The notes beneath the pieces are model-generated. The model worked only from the letters and a program-made list of their open reading frames with translations. It made no database searches and was not told the origin of the DNA. DNA of 64,000 nt from a virus. Taxonomy: Duplodnaviria; Heunggongvirae; Uroviricota; Caudoviricetes. The stretch spans positions 255,627 to 319,626 of the IMG/VR virus record IMGVR_UViG_3300029305_004950; one strand, given 5' to 3'. This document shows positions 19,385-27,985 of the stretch, one piece after another. Numbering within the stretch: position 1 is the first letter of the stretch; every line of letters begins with the position of its first letter. Both the position numbers and the translations under genes were made by a program.

Positions 19385-20065
19385 ATGTTCTTAGATAAGA
19401 TAGATTATGAAGTGTATAACGAACAATACTTGACTGAAGCATATGCTAAAGGAAAGTTAGCATCTGATTATATCTCTAAAATCAGAAATCAATGCCAGCT
19501 AATGACATATATTCCTGGATTTGATAAAGCTAAGATTACGAGACTAGATGGTTTAATCCAAACATACGAAGATAAGCTAGAATTAGCAAAAAAAGAATTA
19601 GCTGATTATCGTTCTAAATCAGAAGATGAGAAATCAAAAATCGAAAGATTAAACAAGATCGATACTATTCTATCAACTAGTATAAAAATAGCTGTAATAG
19701 TATTGAGTATTTACATTAGTATTGCTGGTGCTGCTAAAGCTTTACCATCTTTAGTTACTAATGCTAAAAAAATTACTAAATCAAAAAGAATTATTGCTAA
19801 GTTACTTAACTTTACTAAAATACCTGCAAAGATTGTAGAAAAAGCTGATAAAATCTCTAAAATGAGTAAAGGTTTAAAGATAGCTAATGCTGCTAAAAAC
19901 AGTATAGGTGAAATAGGTAAAGCTAGTGATACAGTAAAGCTTGGTGGCTATGAAGCTGAAATAGTAAAGTGTATTCGTGAGATGGAACAATTACTAGTTG
20001 TATTAAAGAATAAAAGAAATATGTTTGAAAGAGAACTAGAGAAAAAAGAAAGAGGAATAAGGTAA
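19385..20065 (+). CDS. Putative internal head protein with a hydrophobic segment
   Basis: YLTEA propeptide-like site, coiled coil, hydrophobic IAVIVLSIYISIAGAA. Confidence 0.5.
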   Translation: MFLDKIDYEVYNEQYLTEAYAKGKLASDYISKIRNQCQLMTYIPGFDKAKITRLDGLIQTYEDKLELAKKELADYRSKSEDEKSKIERLNKIDTILSTSIKIAVIVLSIYISIAGAAKALPSLVTNAKKITKSKRIIAKLLNFTKIPAKIVEKADKISKMSKGLKIANAAKNSIGEIGKASDTVKLGGYEAEIVKCIREMEQLLVVLKNKRNMFERELEKKERGIR

Positions 20066-20093
20066 ATCCTTATTCCTCTTTAAAAAAAATCAA

Positions 20094-20882
20094 TTATTTA
20101 ACATAACCTTTTCGTTTAGCCGTTTTATAAACTTCTTTTATATTTTTAACTCCCTCTTTATTGGTAGTTTTATGATAGCAAGCTCTACAAATCTTTATAG
20201 CGGTAATAGATGCTTTATTAATACGAATAATTAATTTATTAATAAGATGAATATATTTAGAAGTTACTAAATTATTTGAATTACTTTCATTTTTAATATC
20301 ATTTGCAGCTAATTCTTTAACTTTTGCCTTAATTTTATTTAACTGCCCAATATAGTCAGGTATAGAATGTAAAAATGCATCAGCGTCTTCAATATATTCT
20401 TTAGTGATTCTAACTTTACCAACTTTACTAATTTCTCCATTTTCAATTAAATGAAGTGTTTTATTAAATTTCTCATCATCATTAAGTGATTCAAACCTTA
20501 AACTAACAATATCAAGAAATATGCCACTAATATTATCAAGTTCAGATCTATCAATTTCTAAAGTAATTTCTTCATCTTTAATAACTTCTAACATTACTTC
20601 ATATATGGTTTGATTTAAGAATTTTTTAGCAATATTAGACATAAAAGAAGTCCATTTAATACGAACTTCTTCAATAAATTCTAAGAATTTAGAAACCATA
20701 TTCTTAATAGTAGATTTTACTTTTTCTTTAAAATCATTTTCAGCTTCTAATAATAGATTACTATCTTCATTAACTAGACAATAATGCTCACATTTAATCA
20801 TTTTCATCTCTAATTCATGAATACAATTTTGAGCTTCTAATAAATTCTCATAAGATTTATTAACTAGATTATCTAAAATCAT
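20094..20882 (-). CDS. Paralogous internal head-like protein (CEHYC-VNE family)
   Basis: MKMIKCEHYCLVNEDSNLLLEAE shared with 58139, 59892 and 62254; late motif at 20970-20981. Confidence 0.65.
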   Translation of the reverse strand: MILDNLVNKSYENLLEAQNCIHELEMKMIKCEHYCLVNEDSNLLLEAENDFKEKVKSTIKNMVSKFLEFIEEVRIKWTSFMSNIAKKFLNQTIYEVMLEVIKDEEITLEIDRSELDNISGIFLDIVSLRFESLNDDEKFNKTLHLIENGEISKVGKVRITKEYIEDADAFLHSIPDYIGQLNKIKAKVKELAANDIKNESNSNNLVTSKYIHLINKLIIRINKASITAIKICRACYHKTTNKEGVKNIKEVYKTAKRKGYVK

Positions 20883-21043
20883 ATTTATATTTCACTCACT
20901 TTCTTTTAAATTATCAATCCAAGTCTTACTAATTCTAAACAAAAAAAAAATATTTAAAATTAGATTTATTAATCTATTGTTTTTCATAATTAAAGAATAA
21001 GAAAGAGGAATAAGGTGAGAGCCTTATTCCTCTTGTTTCTTTA

Positions 21044-21742
21044 TTACTTTATATAATCTTCTTTTTTCATTTCTTCTATAAACTCTTCAGATAATTTCTG
21101 ATAGTAAGGAATACAATTCCAATCTAACTTATCTTTAAATTCCCTTATAAATCCCTCAGATAACATCTGTTTACTAGAAATTGTCTTCCAATTAATCTTA
21201 TCACTAAACTCTCTCATAATTTCTTCAGATAGAGTATTATAATAGCACAATGTTTCCCAAACTAAGTTATTCTTAAATTCTCTAGCAAATTCTAAAGAAA
21301 TCTTTTTATTCATAGATACATTAATCCAAGCTATAGAATTCTCCCACCAATTTTCTATTTTTTTACCGCTACCATCTTCAGGAATCATATCTAGATACTT
21401 AAACTTTAAATCAAATATTTGCTTCTTAGATAGAATTTTAGATTTATTTGAATTATCTTCCTTTACATCATCTATAGCTAATGTAATTTTTCCATTGATT
21501 TGAACTGGTTTACCAAAATATATATAACCACTATTAATTGCTTCTAAAAGTGGTATAAATGGAAGATTTTTATATGGATTTATACCATCACCCATTTTAA
21601 ATGAAACTATTGTATTATCTTCATCATCTTTATCTTGTACTATAACTAATTCACCATTTCTAAGAATTGGATTTACATCATTCCAATTTTCTTTAGAATC
21701 TCTTCTTAATTGAATTTTAACATTCTGTTTAATATTTGCCAT
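21044..21742 (-). CDS. Fusion of a hyaluronidase/Mtd-type tail-fibre N-terminal module with tryptophan repeats
   Basis: IQLRRD..ENW..VNPIL..GE...FKMGDG...LPF, then W..(I)S..Q.LSE.FIREF.D.LDW repeats. Confidence 0.65.
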   Translation of the reverse strand: MANIKQNVKIQLRRDSKENWNDVNPILRNGELVIVQDKDDEDNTIVSFKMGDGINPYKNLPFIPLLEAINSGYIYFGKPVQINGKITLAIDDVKEDNSNKSKILSKKQIFDLKFKYLDMIPEDGSGKKIENWWENSIAWINVSMNKKISLEFAREFKNNLVWETLCYYNTLSEEIMREFSDKINWKTISSKQMLSEGFIREFKDKLDWNCIPYYQKLSEEFIEEMKKEDYIK

Positions 21743-21755
21743 ATTTTCAGTTCCC

Positions 21756-21998
21756 TTATTCTACATTAATTCCTTTAGATTTTAGGAAATCTCTAACATT
21801 CATATGTCCTTTTTCTGTAGCTCTAGCTTCATAAGAAGAAAATCCATATTTAGAAATAAATTGACTGGCTTTATAACTAGTATCACATTTATTTCTTTCC
21901 TCTTTTAGATGAGGTAAGTAACGAATAATAGAATCCATTGCTATGATTTGCTTTCTTGATGGAGGATCTGTGTAAAACATAATTTCATATCCTTTCAT
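21756..21998 (-). CDS. Hypothetical protein
   Basis: Short ORF upstream of 21742, with a TTATATATTCT motif upstream on the minus strand. Confidence 0.55.
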   Translation of the reverse strand: MKGYEIMFYTDPPSRKQIIAMDSIIRYLPHLKEERNKCDTSYKASQFISKYGFSSYEARATEKGHMNVRDFLKSKGINVE

Positions 21999-22047
21999 AT
22001 AATAAATTCTATAAAAAGAATATATAAATAAAAGAAAAGTAAAAATT

Positions 22048-22079
22048 CGTAATTTGAAAAATTATAGGTATATATTATA
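22048..22079 (+). promoter_or_regulatory. Early-type promoter motif CGTAATTTGAAA...TATATATTATA
   Basis: Near-identical copy at 24216-24247 and core copy at 26690-26700; TATATT-type cores are the early promoters of phiKZ/AR9-like phages. Confidence 0.65.
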
Positions 22080-22108
22080 CCTATAGAAAAATAAAAGGAG
22101 AAGACTAT

Positions 22109-22738
22109 ATGAACTTTATTCACTTATATACTACTGAACGTCCATATTCAGCAATATCTTTCGACTGTGATACTTATACCTTTATTGTTCATCATTATAA
22201 CCGACGTAAACCATATGGAGGATTTTATTTTAGTTCTTTTGAAAGTCGTATTAGCTTTGAAGGATTTATTAAAGAATTTTTACCTGAGTTTATTGAAAGA
22301 ACAAATCTTAATCATTTAAAAAATTTGATAAAAGAAAATATCAAAGATGGTATGAATATAGATGAATTGAAAAAAATTATTTATAAAATTTCTTTACAAG
22401 ATCCAATATTTTTCATGCATAAAACTAAACTTAATGAAATTGTATCATATCCTATGGTTTATATTGAAAATACAATAGAAAAAATAGAGGATTTTGATTT
22501 CATAAAGGTAAAATTTTTCATGAAAAAGAATAATGATGAAAAACCTGATTTCAATAAGTTTAGAGAAAATATCATCAAAAATAAAAAATTCTTAACTAAA
22601 TGTGCTTTATTAGCTACTATTAGGGAAGTTAATAAAAAAGGTTATGATCTTTCAATAAACTTCTTTAAACTAGATGATATTACTTTATCTAAAAATGAAA
22701 ATAGTCTAATCTATACATTTAGTTTAGTAAATAGTTAG
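22109..22738 (+). CDS. Hypothetical early protein (free-standing cassette gene 1)
   Basis: AAGGAG RBS after early-type promoter. Confidence 0.7.
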   Translation: MNFIHLYTTERPYSAISFDCDTYTFIVHHYNRRKPYGGFYFSSFESRISFEGFIKEFLPEFIERTNLNHLKNLIKENIKDGMNIDELKKIIYKISLQDPIFFMHKTKLNEIVSYPMVYIENTIEKIEDFDFIKVKFFMKKNNDEKPDFNKFRENIIKNKKFLTKCALLATIREVNKKGYDLSINFFKLDDITLSKNENSLIYTFSLVNS

Positions 22739-22783
22739 AAATATACATCCTCACAGGCTTTTAAGCCAGAAAGGAAACATACA

Positions 22784-23071
22784 ATGGCTAATAAACTCAT
22801 CACTATTGAAGACATAGAAACTGCAAAAAATCTTGAATACCAGTTGATACATAATTTTTACCAATATTCTGCTATCAAATTTGATCATAAATTTGATGAC
22901 GATCAGTATTTCTTTACATATGAAGCTGGTAAATGCTATTTTGAGCATATTCAAGATGGACGTCCTTTTATAGAAAAGAAGGAAATTTCTTATCCTATGT
23001 GGACTAATGAAATTCTTCATAGAGTTGCTTTTTGCTATAATGCTGAACTTATTGAATTTAGCGAAGAGTAA
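22784..23071 (+). CDS. Hypothetical early protein (free-standing cassette gene 2)
   Basis: AAAGGA RBS; followed by the conserved 28-nt hairpin. Confidence 0.7.
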   Translation: MANKLITIEDIETAKNLEYQLIHNFYQYSAIKFDHKFDDDQYFFTYEAGKCYFEHIQDGRPFIEKKEISYPMWTNEILHRVAFCYNAELIEFSEE

Positions 23072-23083
23072 TCTTAATAAAAG

Positions 23084-23120
23084 TGTTAAGGGATCACTAT
23101 AAATGTCCCTTCTTTTTTTA
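23084..23120 (+). terminator. Conserved 28-nt hairpin element, copy 1
   Basis: TGTTAAGGGATCACTATAAATGTCCCTT followed by CTTTTTTT. Confidence 0.75.
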
Positions 23121-23171
23121 TAAGTTTTATCCTAATACCATATTTCAGGTATTAGGATAAAAATTGTTAGA

Positions 23172-24079
23172 TTAGGCTTCCCAGATCTCTTTCATTTTAC
23201 GTTTCATCTCAATTATGAGCTTATTCGTATATAGCATGTTATAAGTATCTGTAGTCATACGAGATACAATACTCATAGGTGAATAGATTGCTAGTATATT
23301 TTCATCAGGATATCTTTCAGAGAAAGGTTCTTCTCCTTTAGGTAATACGTCACTAACGATAGTCTTAACTGCAGTACCATAAGTAACCTTGTCGCCAGTC
23401 TTTAATCTATCTCTATGTTTTACATAGAATTCGATTACAATACCTTCAAAATCTATACCTTTAATCTTTTCATCTTTAATCTGTTCAGTTCTGGGGAAGA
23501 AAGTAGATTTGTTATCAGTATGTTCTACTATCTTCTTTCTAGTGTTAACTTCTTTAGCATAATCATTTAGTAATTTCTGTATAGAATCAGAACAGATTTC
23601 TTTAGGTACATTATAGTAAACCTTGATATCTATAATCTCACCTGAATATTTTGCCTTCTTACTATCTTTACCCATTTCTTCTACGAAACTAGCAAAATCA
23701 TCGTTATCTAAACTATCTAGAATCTGATTAGCAGCAGCATCTTCAAAAGTATGCTCAAACGTAATCAGAGATTCACTAGCTTTGATATGCTGATGTTTCT
23801 TTGCCATGTAAAGAATGTTAGTATTAGGCGTTAGATTTACAGTAGATACCATAGTAATGTAACTAGACATACCTTCAGAAATCTCATCAGTAATAACAGA
23901 GGAGTCTTCTAGAGTATAATCGCCCTGTGCAATAGCTACTTTTGCTAGATAGCCTTGAGTGTAAGTAATACTATCAGGTTTATTACCTAAGAAGAAATTA
24001 CTGTTTTTAGCTAAGATATCATCTTTTTTGAATTTTTGACCTTCTTTGAAAAGTAGATCTTTCTTATTGGAAATGTAAA
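23172..24079 (-). CDS. RNA polymerase beta subunit, exon 3
   Basis: Open frame upstream of the ORF-track start gives FYISNKKDLLFKEGQKF...ILA...GDYTLEDSSV (GYNFEDS motif) and later GDKVTYGTAVKT (GDK motif). Confidence 0.88.
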
Positions 24080-24280
24080 CATTTTGTATTTGTATAGAGT
24101 CATTACTTCTATAACTACTAAGTTATTACAACTTAGATTAGACTATATCTTATTGTACTTTCCTATTATACAATCATTTGACTGCAATATAGTCGTTGAA
24201 CTTATCTTAAAAATACGTAATTTGAAATTTTATGAATATATATTATAAATGTGTAATAAAGCTAAAAGGGAGAACTATTT

Positions 24281-24727
24281 ATGACAAGTATATTTTATAA
24301 ATTCTACTATTTTGAAAGAGCAATTTATAAACTCGACAAAGAACGTATCATTTTCTTTGTAATAGATAAATCGATATATCCTAACGTTGTAGAATCATTC
24401 TCTGTAACAAAAATTGATAAAATAAGTTTAGGAGCATACGAAGATAGTATTAAACTTAATCTAGCAGGAGCTATTAGACTACTTAGAAACTTTATCAACT
24501 ATAATCTCTGTAAAGATAAACCTCTTAATGATACTACTCTACGTAGAATTAAGTATGCAAAAAAGTTGAAAGATAAACTAATCAAAGAAAGTATCTATAG
24601 TAATCTTAAAAACGAAATCTTTACAGAATTTTACTATCCAGTAATCTATGATGATGTAATCAGTACATCATCTTTAAACAGAATAGTAGATGCTTATAAT
24701 GATTACATTCAAAGTGAGATTTTTTAA
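24281..24727 (+). CDS. Intron cargo gene 1, hypothetical
   Basis: GGGAG RBS after the promoter at 24216-24247; no nuclease motif seen. Confidence 0.75.
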   Translation: MTSIFYKFYYFERAIYKLDKERIIFFVIDKSIYPNVVESFSVTKIDKISLGAYEDSIKLNLAGAIRLLRNFINYNLCKDKPLNDTTLRRIKYAKKLKDKLIKESIYSNLKNEIFTEFYYPVIYDDVISTSSLNRIVDAYNDYIQSEIF

Positions 24728-24748
24728 TTACAAAGAGGAGACTAGATA

Positions 24749-25105
24749 ATGAACAACACTAAAAATGGTCATATCTTCATGAATCTTATTGGTAATCCGA
24801 CTAAACAAGGTTTCAGTTGCTTAAGCACTGGATATGGTTATCGTGCTTATGTATCCACTACAGACAGATTCATCAATGACCTTTTCAAAGAAATCTGTAT
24901 GTGGGGCGGTGCTACCGATACCTACGAAACTAGAGATGGACGTTTCTACAATCATTATGAACTGGATTGTAGAGATAAGGCTTTCTTTAAATCTGATACT
25001 TTCAAAAGAATCTGTCAGAGACATCACATTGATCTGGAAATCTATGAAGATGGAAATAATAGCCAAGTTTTTAGAGATTTCTTTGATCAGATGAAGCGTA
25101 GATAA
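24749..25105 (+). CDS. Intron cargo gene 2, hypothetical
   Basis: GAGGAG RBS; phage-like codon usage. Confidence 0.8.
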   Translation: MNNTKNGHIFMNLIGNPTKQGFSCLSTGYGYRAYVSTTDRFINDLFKEICMWGGATDTYETRDGRFYNHYELDCRDKAFFKSDTFKRICQRHHIDLEIYEDGNNSQVFRDFFDQMKRR

Positions 25106-25119
25106 CAAATCTAGCAGAG

Positions 25120-25147
25120 TGTTAAGAGATCACTATAAATGTCTCTT
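25120..25147 (+). terminator. Conserved 28-nt hairpin element, copy 2 (compensatory A-U pair)
   Basis: TGTTAAGAGATCACTATAAATGTCTCTT. Confidence 0.7.
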
Positions 25148-25180
25148 TTAGTTTTTATAATAAAGGAGAATTTACATATT

Positions 25181-25720
25181 ATGTCTACTAATAAAACTTT
25201 TAATATCGAACTCACTCCCCAAGAAGTCTATCTTCTTTATGAAGCCATGTGTGCCAGTATCTATTCTAACCAAGACATGATTAAGTTAGCAAATGGCACG
25301 TATGATCCTAATCCCGATCAAAAGACTATAAAATGTTTCGAAGATAATGCAAAACTATTTGTAAGATTTTCTGAAATTCTTTGCCCAGATGAAGATCCTA
25401 TTGAAGACTACATCGATACATTTGGTTTTATGGATTTTGAAAAAGAATTTCCTATGTTCAAAGACGCATTAACCGAAAAACTTTATGATGTAACTCTGAA
25501 ATATCAAGATGCGTGTACTGGAAAAGAATCTATTTTTCATCGTACCGTATCTAGCTGTACAGAATTTGATGCAAAACAAGAAGCCATTGAATTACATACT
25601 GCTAAGTTTGGAAGTCTTAGAGAAATTAGGTTTGAATCCGCTATTATTTATAAAGATTTATTTCATTATAACGTAAAAGGATGTTATGAAGCCATTTCTG
25701 CTGTACCACAAGATACATAA
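25181..25720 (+). CDS. Intron cargo gene 3, hypothetical
   Basis: AAGGAG RBS before ATG 25181. Confidence 0.78.
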   Translation: MSTNKTFNIELTPQEVYLLYEAMCASIYSNQDMIKLANGTYDPNPDQKTIKCFEDNAKLFVRFSEILCPDEDPIEDYIDTFGFMDFEKEFPMFKDALTEKLYDVTLKYQDACTGKESIFHRTVSSCTEFDAKQEAIELHTAKFGSLREIRFESAIIYKDLFHYNVKGCYEAISAVPQDT

Positions 25721-25741
25721 AAAGAAAAGGAGATTTTCACT

Positions 25742-25948
25742 ATGATGAATACAACTATTAGAGATACTACTGAGAATATAAGATTTTTTGATCTAATTGA
25801 AACTGCAATTGATAAATTAGAGCAAGCAGTAAGTAATATCTCATATCCTGCATTTCCTCATATAAACAAAGATGTCGCTGAAAAAATTGGAAAAACTATT
25901 GCTATTCTCTATGATGTTTTAAATTCTGATATCTATAAACCTATTTAA
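25742..25948 (+). CDS. Intron cargo gene 4, hypothetical
   Basis: AAGAAAAGGAGATTTT RBS. Confidence 0.72.
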   Translation: MMNTTIRDTTENIRFFDLIETAIDKLEQAVSNISYPAFPHINKDVAEKIGKTIAILYDVLNSDIYKPI

Positions 25949-25981
25949 TCCAAAAATAAATAAGAAAAGGAGATTTTAATC

Positions 25982-26119
25982 ATGAAAAACAACACCAAGA
26001 AAGTCATTAAGGAAATCGTTTATATTACTTCTCTCTTTGCAACTGCATATGCTGCTGGATTGGCTGTAAGTCAGTTCTTTCAGAAAGTAATTCACCCCTT
26101 TATGTTTAAGGATGAATAA
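25982..26119 (+). CDS. Intron cargo gene 5, 45-aa single-pass membrane peptide (not in ORF track)
   Basis: MKNNTKKVIKEIVYITSLFATAYAAGLAVSQFFQKVIHPFMFKDE; same RBS string as gene 4; followed by a terminator. Confidence 0.75.
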   Translation: MKNNTKKVIKEIVYITSLFATAYAAGLAVSQFFQKVIHPFMFKDE

Positions 26120-26135
26120 TCCTTTTACTACATTC

Positions 26136-26170
26136 AAAGAGAGAGTCTTTTTAGGCTCTCTTTTTTTTTA
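26136..26170 (+). terminator. Intrinsic terminator closing the intron cassette
   Basis: AGAGAGTCT/AGGCTCTCT stem plus T run. Confidence 0.75.
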
Positions 26171-26259
26171 ATACATTTTTAAGATAAGCTGCTGATTATA
26201 CAATTTTTTGTATGTTCCAGCAATTAAGGAAATTTATAAAGGTGATCAATACAAATTTC

Positions 26260-26512
26260 AACCACCATTGGAGTTTTTACTAATACGTTCTGATATATCG
26301 ATTACATCAGAAGTACCATCTTTATAACGAATTATTGCTAATTCATTCTTTTCATCTACTTTTTCTACTACACCATCTTGCTCTGCTACTGATACAAAGT
26401 CAGATGATAGTGTATAAGGTAGTGTACGTTCAATACCAGAACCATATAAGGCTCTAGATTGTTTTTCAGTGGGAACTATATGTTTCGCTTGCTGCGTTTG
26501 CATTCCGATTCT
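26260..26512 (-). CDS. RNA polymerase beta subunit, exon 2
   Basis: Joining gives HADPP-RIGMQTQQAKHIVP, equivalent to beta HDDANRALMGANMQRQAVP, followed by GSGIE. Confidence 0.9.
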
Positions 26513-26745
26513 CAATATCTTCCTTGTAGAACTTAAAACTACAAGCGTTGTCTTAACAACTGCTCTATTATAAAATAGAGAGGAGACTATATCAAGATTC
26601 TATTATGAATCTTCTCTTATTTCCATTCTAGAGTTAGAATGTACTAATTAGTCGTTGAACTATAAAAATGTAAAGTGTAAAATTTTAATTATATATTATA
26701 TTTATAGTATATTTTAATTATAATTTAGAAAGGTTGTAAAGTTTT

Positions 26746-27939
26746 ATGAACAAAGGACGAAAATTTAATTTATGGACAGAGGAGGAAGTAGCTATCCTTA
26801 AGGAAAAATATCCTACACAAGGATCTAATATTCCTGAATTACTTAAGACACATACTAATTGTGCTATTAAAGCTGAAGCTCATAAACTAAATTTAGTTAA
26901 TTTACCTAAAGGTAGTTCTTGGACTGAGGAGGAAGTAGCTATCCTTAAGGAAAAATATCCCACACAAGGATCTAATATTCCTGAATTACTTAAGACTCGT
27001 ACTAAAATGGCTATTAATAGTGCTGCATTTGAATTCGGTTTAACTAGTGAAAAAAATCCTTGGACAGAGGAGGAAGTAGCTATCCTTAAGGAAAAATATC
27101 CTACACAAGGATCTAATATTCCTGAATTACTTAAGAAACGAACTGCTGATAAAATTCGTAGTAAAGCAAGTATACTAAAAATACGGAAAATCGAACCAGT
27201 TAAAATTAATCCAAAACTTAATCCTTGGACAGAGGAGGAAGTAGCTATCCTTAAGGAAAAATATCCTACACAAGGTCCTGATATTCCTGAATTACTTAAG
27301 AAACGAACTAAAACATCTATTCGACATAAAGCAGTTAGATTAAATTTAAGTGAAGAAAAAGGTAATCCTTGGACAGAGGAGGAAGTAGCTATCCTTAAGG
27401 AAAAATATCCTACACAAGGATCTAATATTCCTGAATTACTTAAGACACATACTAGACAGTCAATTGTAACTAAGTCAAATTATCTGTGTTTAATTAATAG
27501 ATTAATTAATCCTTGGACAGAGGAGGAAGTAGCTATCCTTAAGGAAAAATATCCTACACAAGGATCTAATATTCCTGAATTACTTAAGACACATACTAAT
27601 CAGGCAATTCAGATTAAGGCTACTGAATATAATGTAACTAATAAAGTAAATCCTTGGACAGAGGAGGAAGTAGCTATCCTTAAGGAAAAATATCCTACAC
27701 AAGGATCTAATATTCCTGAATTACTTAAGGCTCGTACTATTAATAGTATTAGGGATAAAGCAATAGTACTGAATTTAGATAAGGTAAAAATTCATTGTTC
27801 GTGGACCGATGAGGAAGTAGCTATCCTTAAGGAAAAATATCCTACACAAGGTCCTGATATTCCTGAATTACTTAAAACACATAAGTCCACTAAGAATATT
27901 AGAGCCAAAGCAAATTCATTAAAAATTTATAAACTTTAA
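26746..27939 (+). CDS. Eight-repeat Myb/SANT-like helix-turn-helix protein (intron cargo)
   Basis: 8x WTEEEVAILKEKYPTQG(SN/PD)IPELLK followed by a variable x(R/H)TxxxIxxKAxxL helix. Confidence 0.8.
   Translation: MNKGRKFNLWTEEEVAILKEKYPTQGSNIPELLKTHTNCAIKAEAHKLNLVNLPKGSSWTEEEVAILKEKYPTQGSNIPELLKTRTKMAINSAAFEFGLTSEKNPWTEEEVAILKEKYPTQGSNIPELLKKRTADKIRSKASILKIRKIEPVKINPKLNPWTEEEVAILKEKYPTQGPDIPELLKKRTKTSIRHKAVRLNLSEEKGNPWTEEEVAILKEKYPTQGSNIPELLKTHTRQSIVTKSNYLCLINRLINPWTEEEVAILKEKYPTQGSNIPELLKTHTNQAIQIKATEYNVTNKVNPWTEEEVAILKEKYPTQGSNIPELLKARTINSIRDKAIVLNLDKVKIHCSWTDEEVAILKEKYPTQGPDIPELLKTHKSTKNIRAKANSLKIYKL
26773..27880 (+). repeat. Coding tandem array: ~75-nt near-identical blocks alternating with unique segments
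   Basis: Unit starts at 26773, 26920, 27061, 27226, 27370, 27514, 27655, 27802 (periods 147,141,165,144,144,141,147, all multiples of 3). Confidence 0.95.
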
Positions 27940-27950
27940 TTTTAATATAC

Positions 27951-27985
27951 TGTTAAGGGATCAGTATAAATGTCCCTTCTTTTTT
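27951..27985 (+). terminator. Conserved 28-nt hairpin element, copy 3
   Basis: TGTTAAGGGATCAGTATAAATGTCCCTT followed by CTTTTTT. Confidence 0.75.

Larger units (their letters stand above)
24080..26259 (-). mobile_element. Group I intron (2180 nt) in RNAP beta carrying a five-gene antisense cassette in P6a
   Basis: P ~26214-26225, Q ~26188-26197, R ~24190-24201, S ~24141-24151; P1 GGUGGUU/GAUCACC; terminal G 24080; splicing restores the frame. Confidence 0.88.

Noticed and set aside
26773-27880. CRISPR array (repeat-spacer appearance)
   Set aside because: Repeats are ~75 nt, all periods are multiples of 3, a single ORF is open throughout, the spacers keep a protein helix pattern, and no cas genes are present.
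26746-27939. Diversity-generating retroelement target
   Set aside because: No reverse transcriptase or template repeat in the window; the variation is not adenine-restricted and includes indels.
23084-27978. Integron attC sites
   Set aside because: The 28-nt element is too short, lacks the RYYYAAC/GTTRRRY pair, and no tyrosine integrase is seen.
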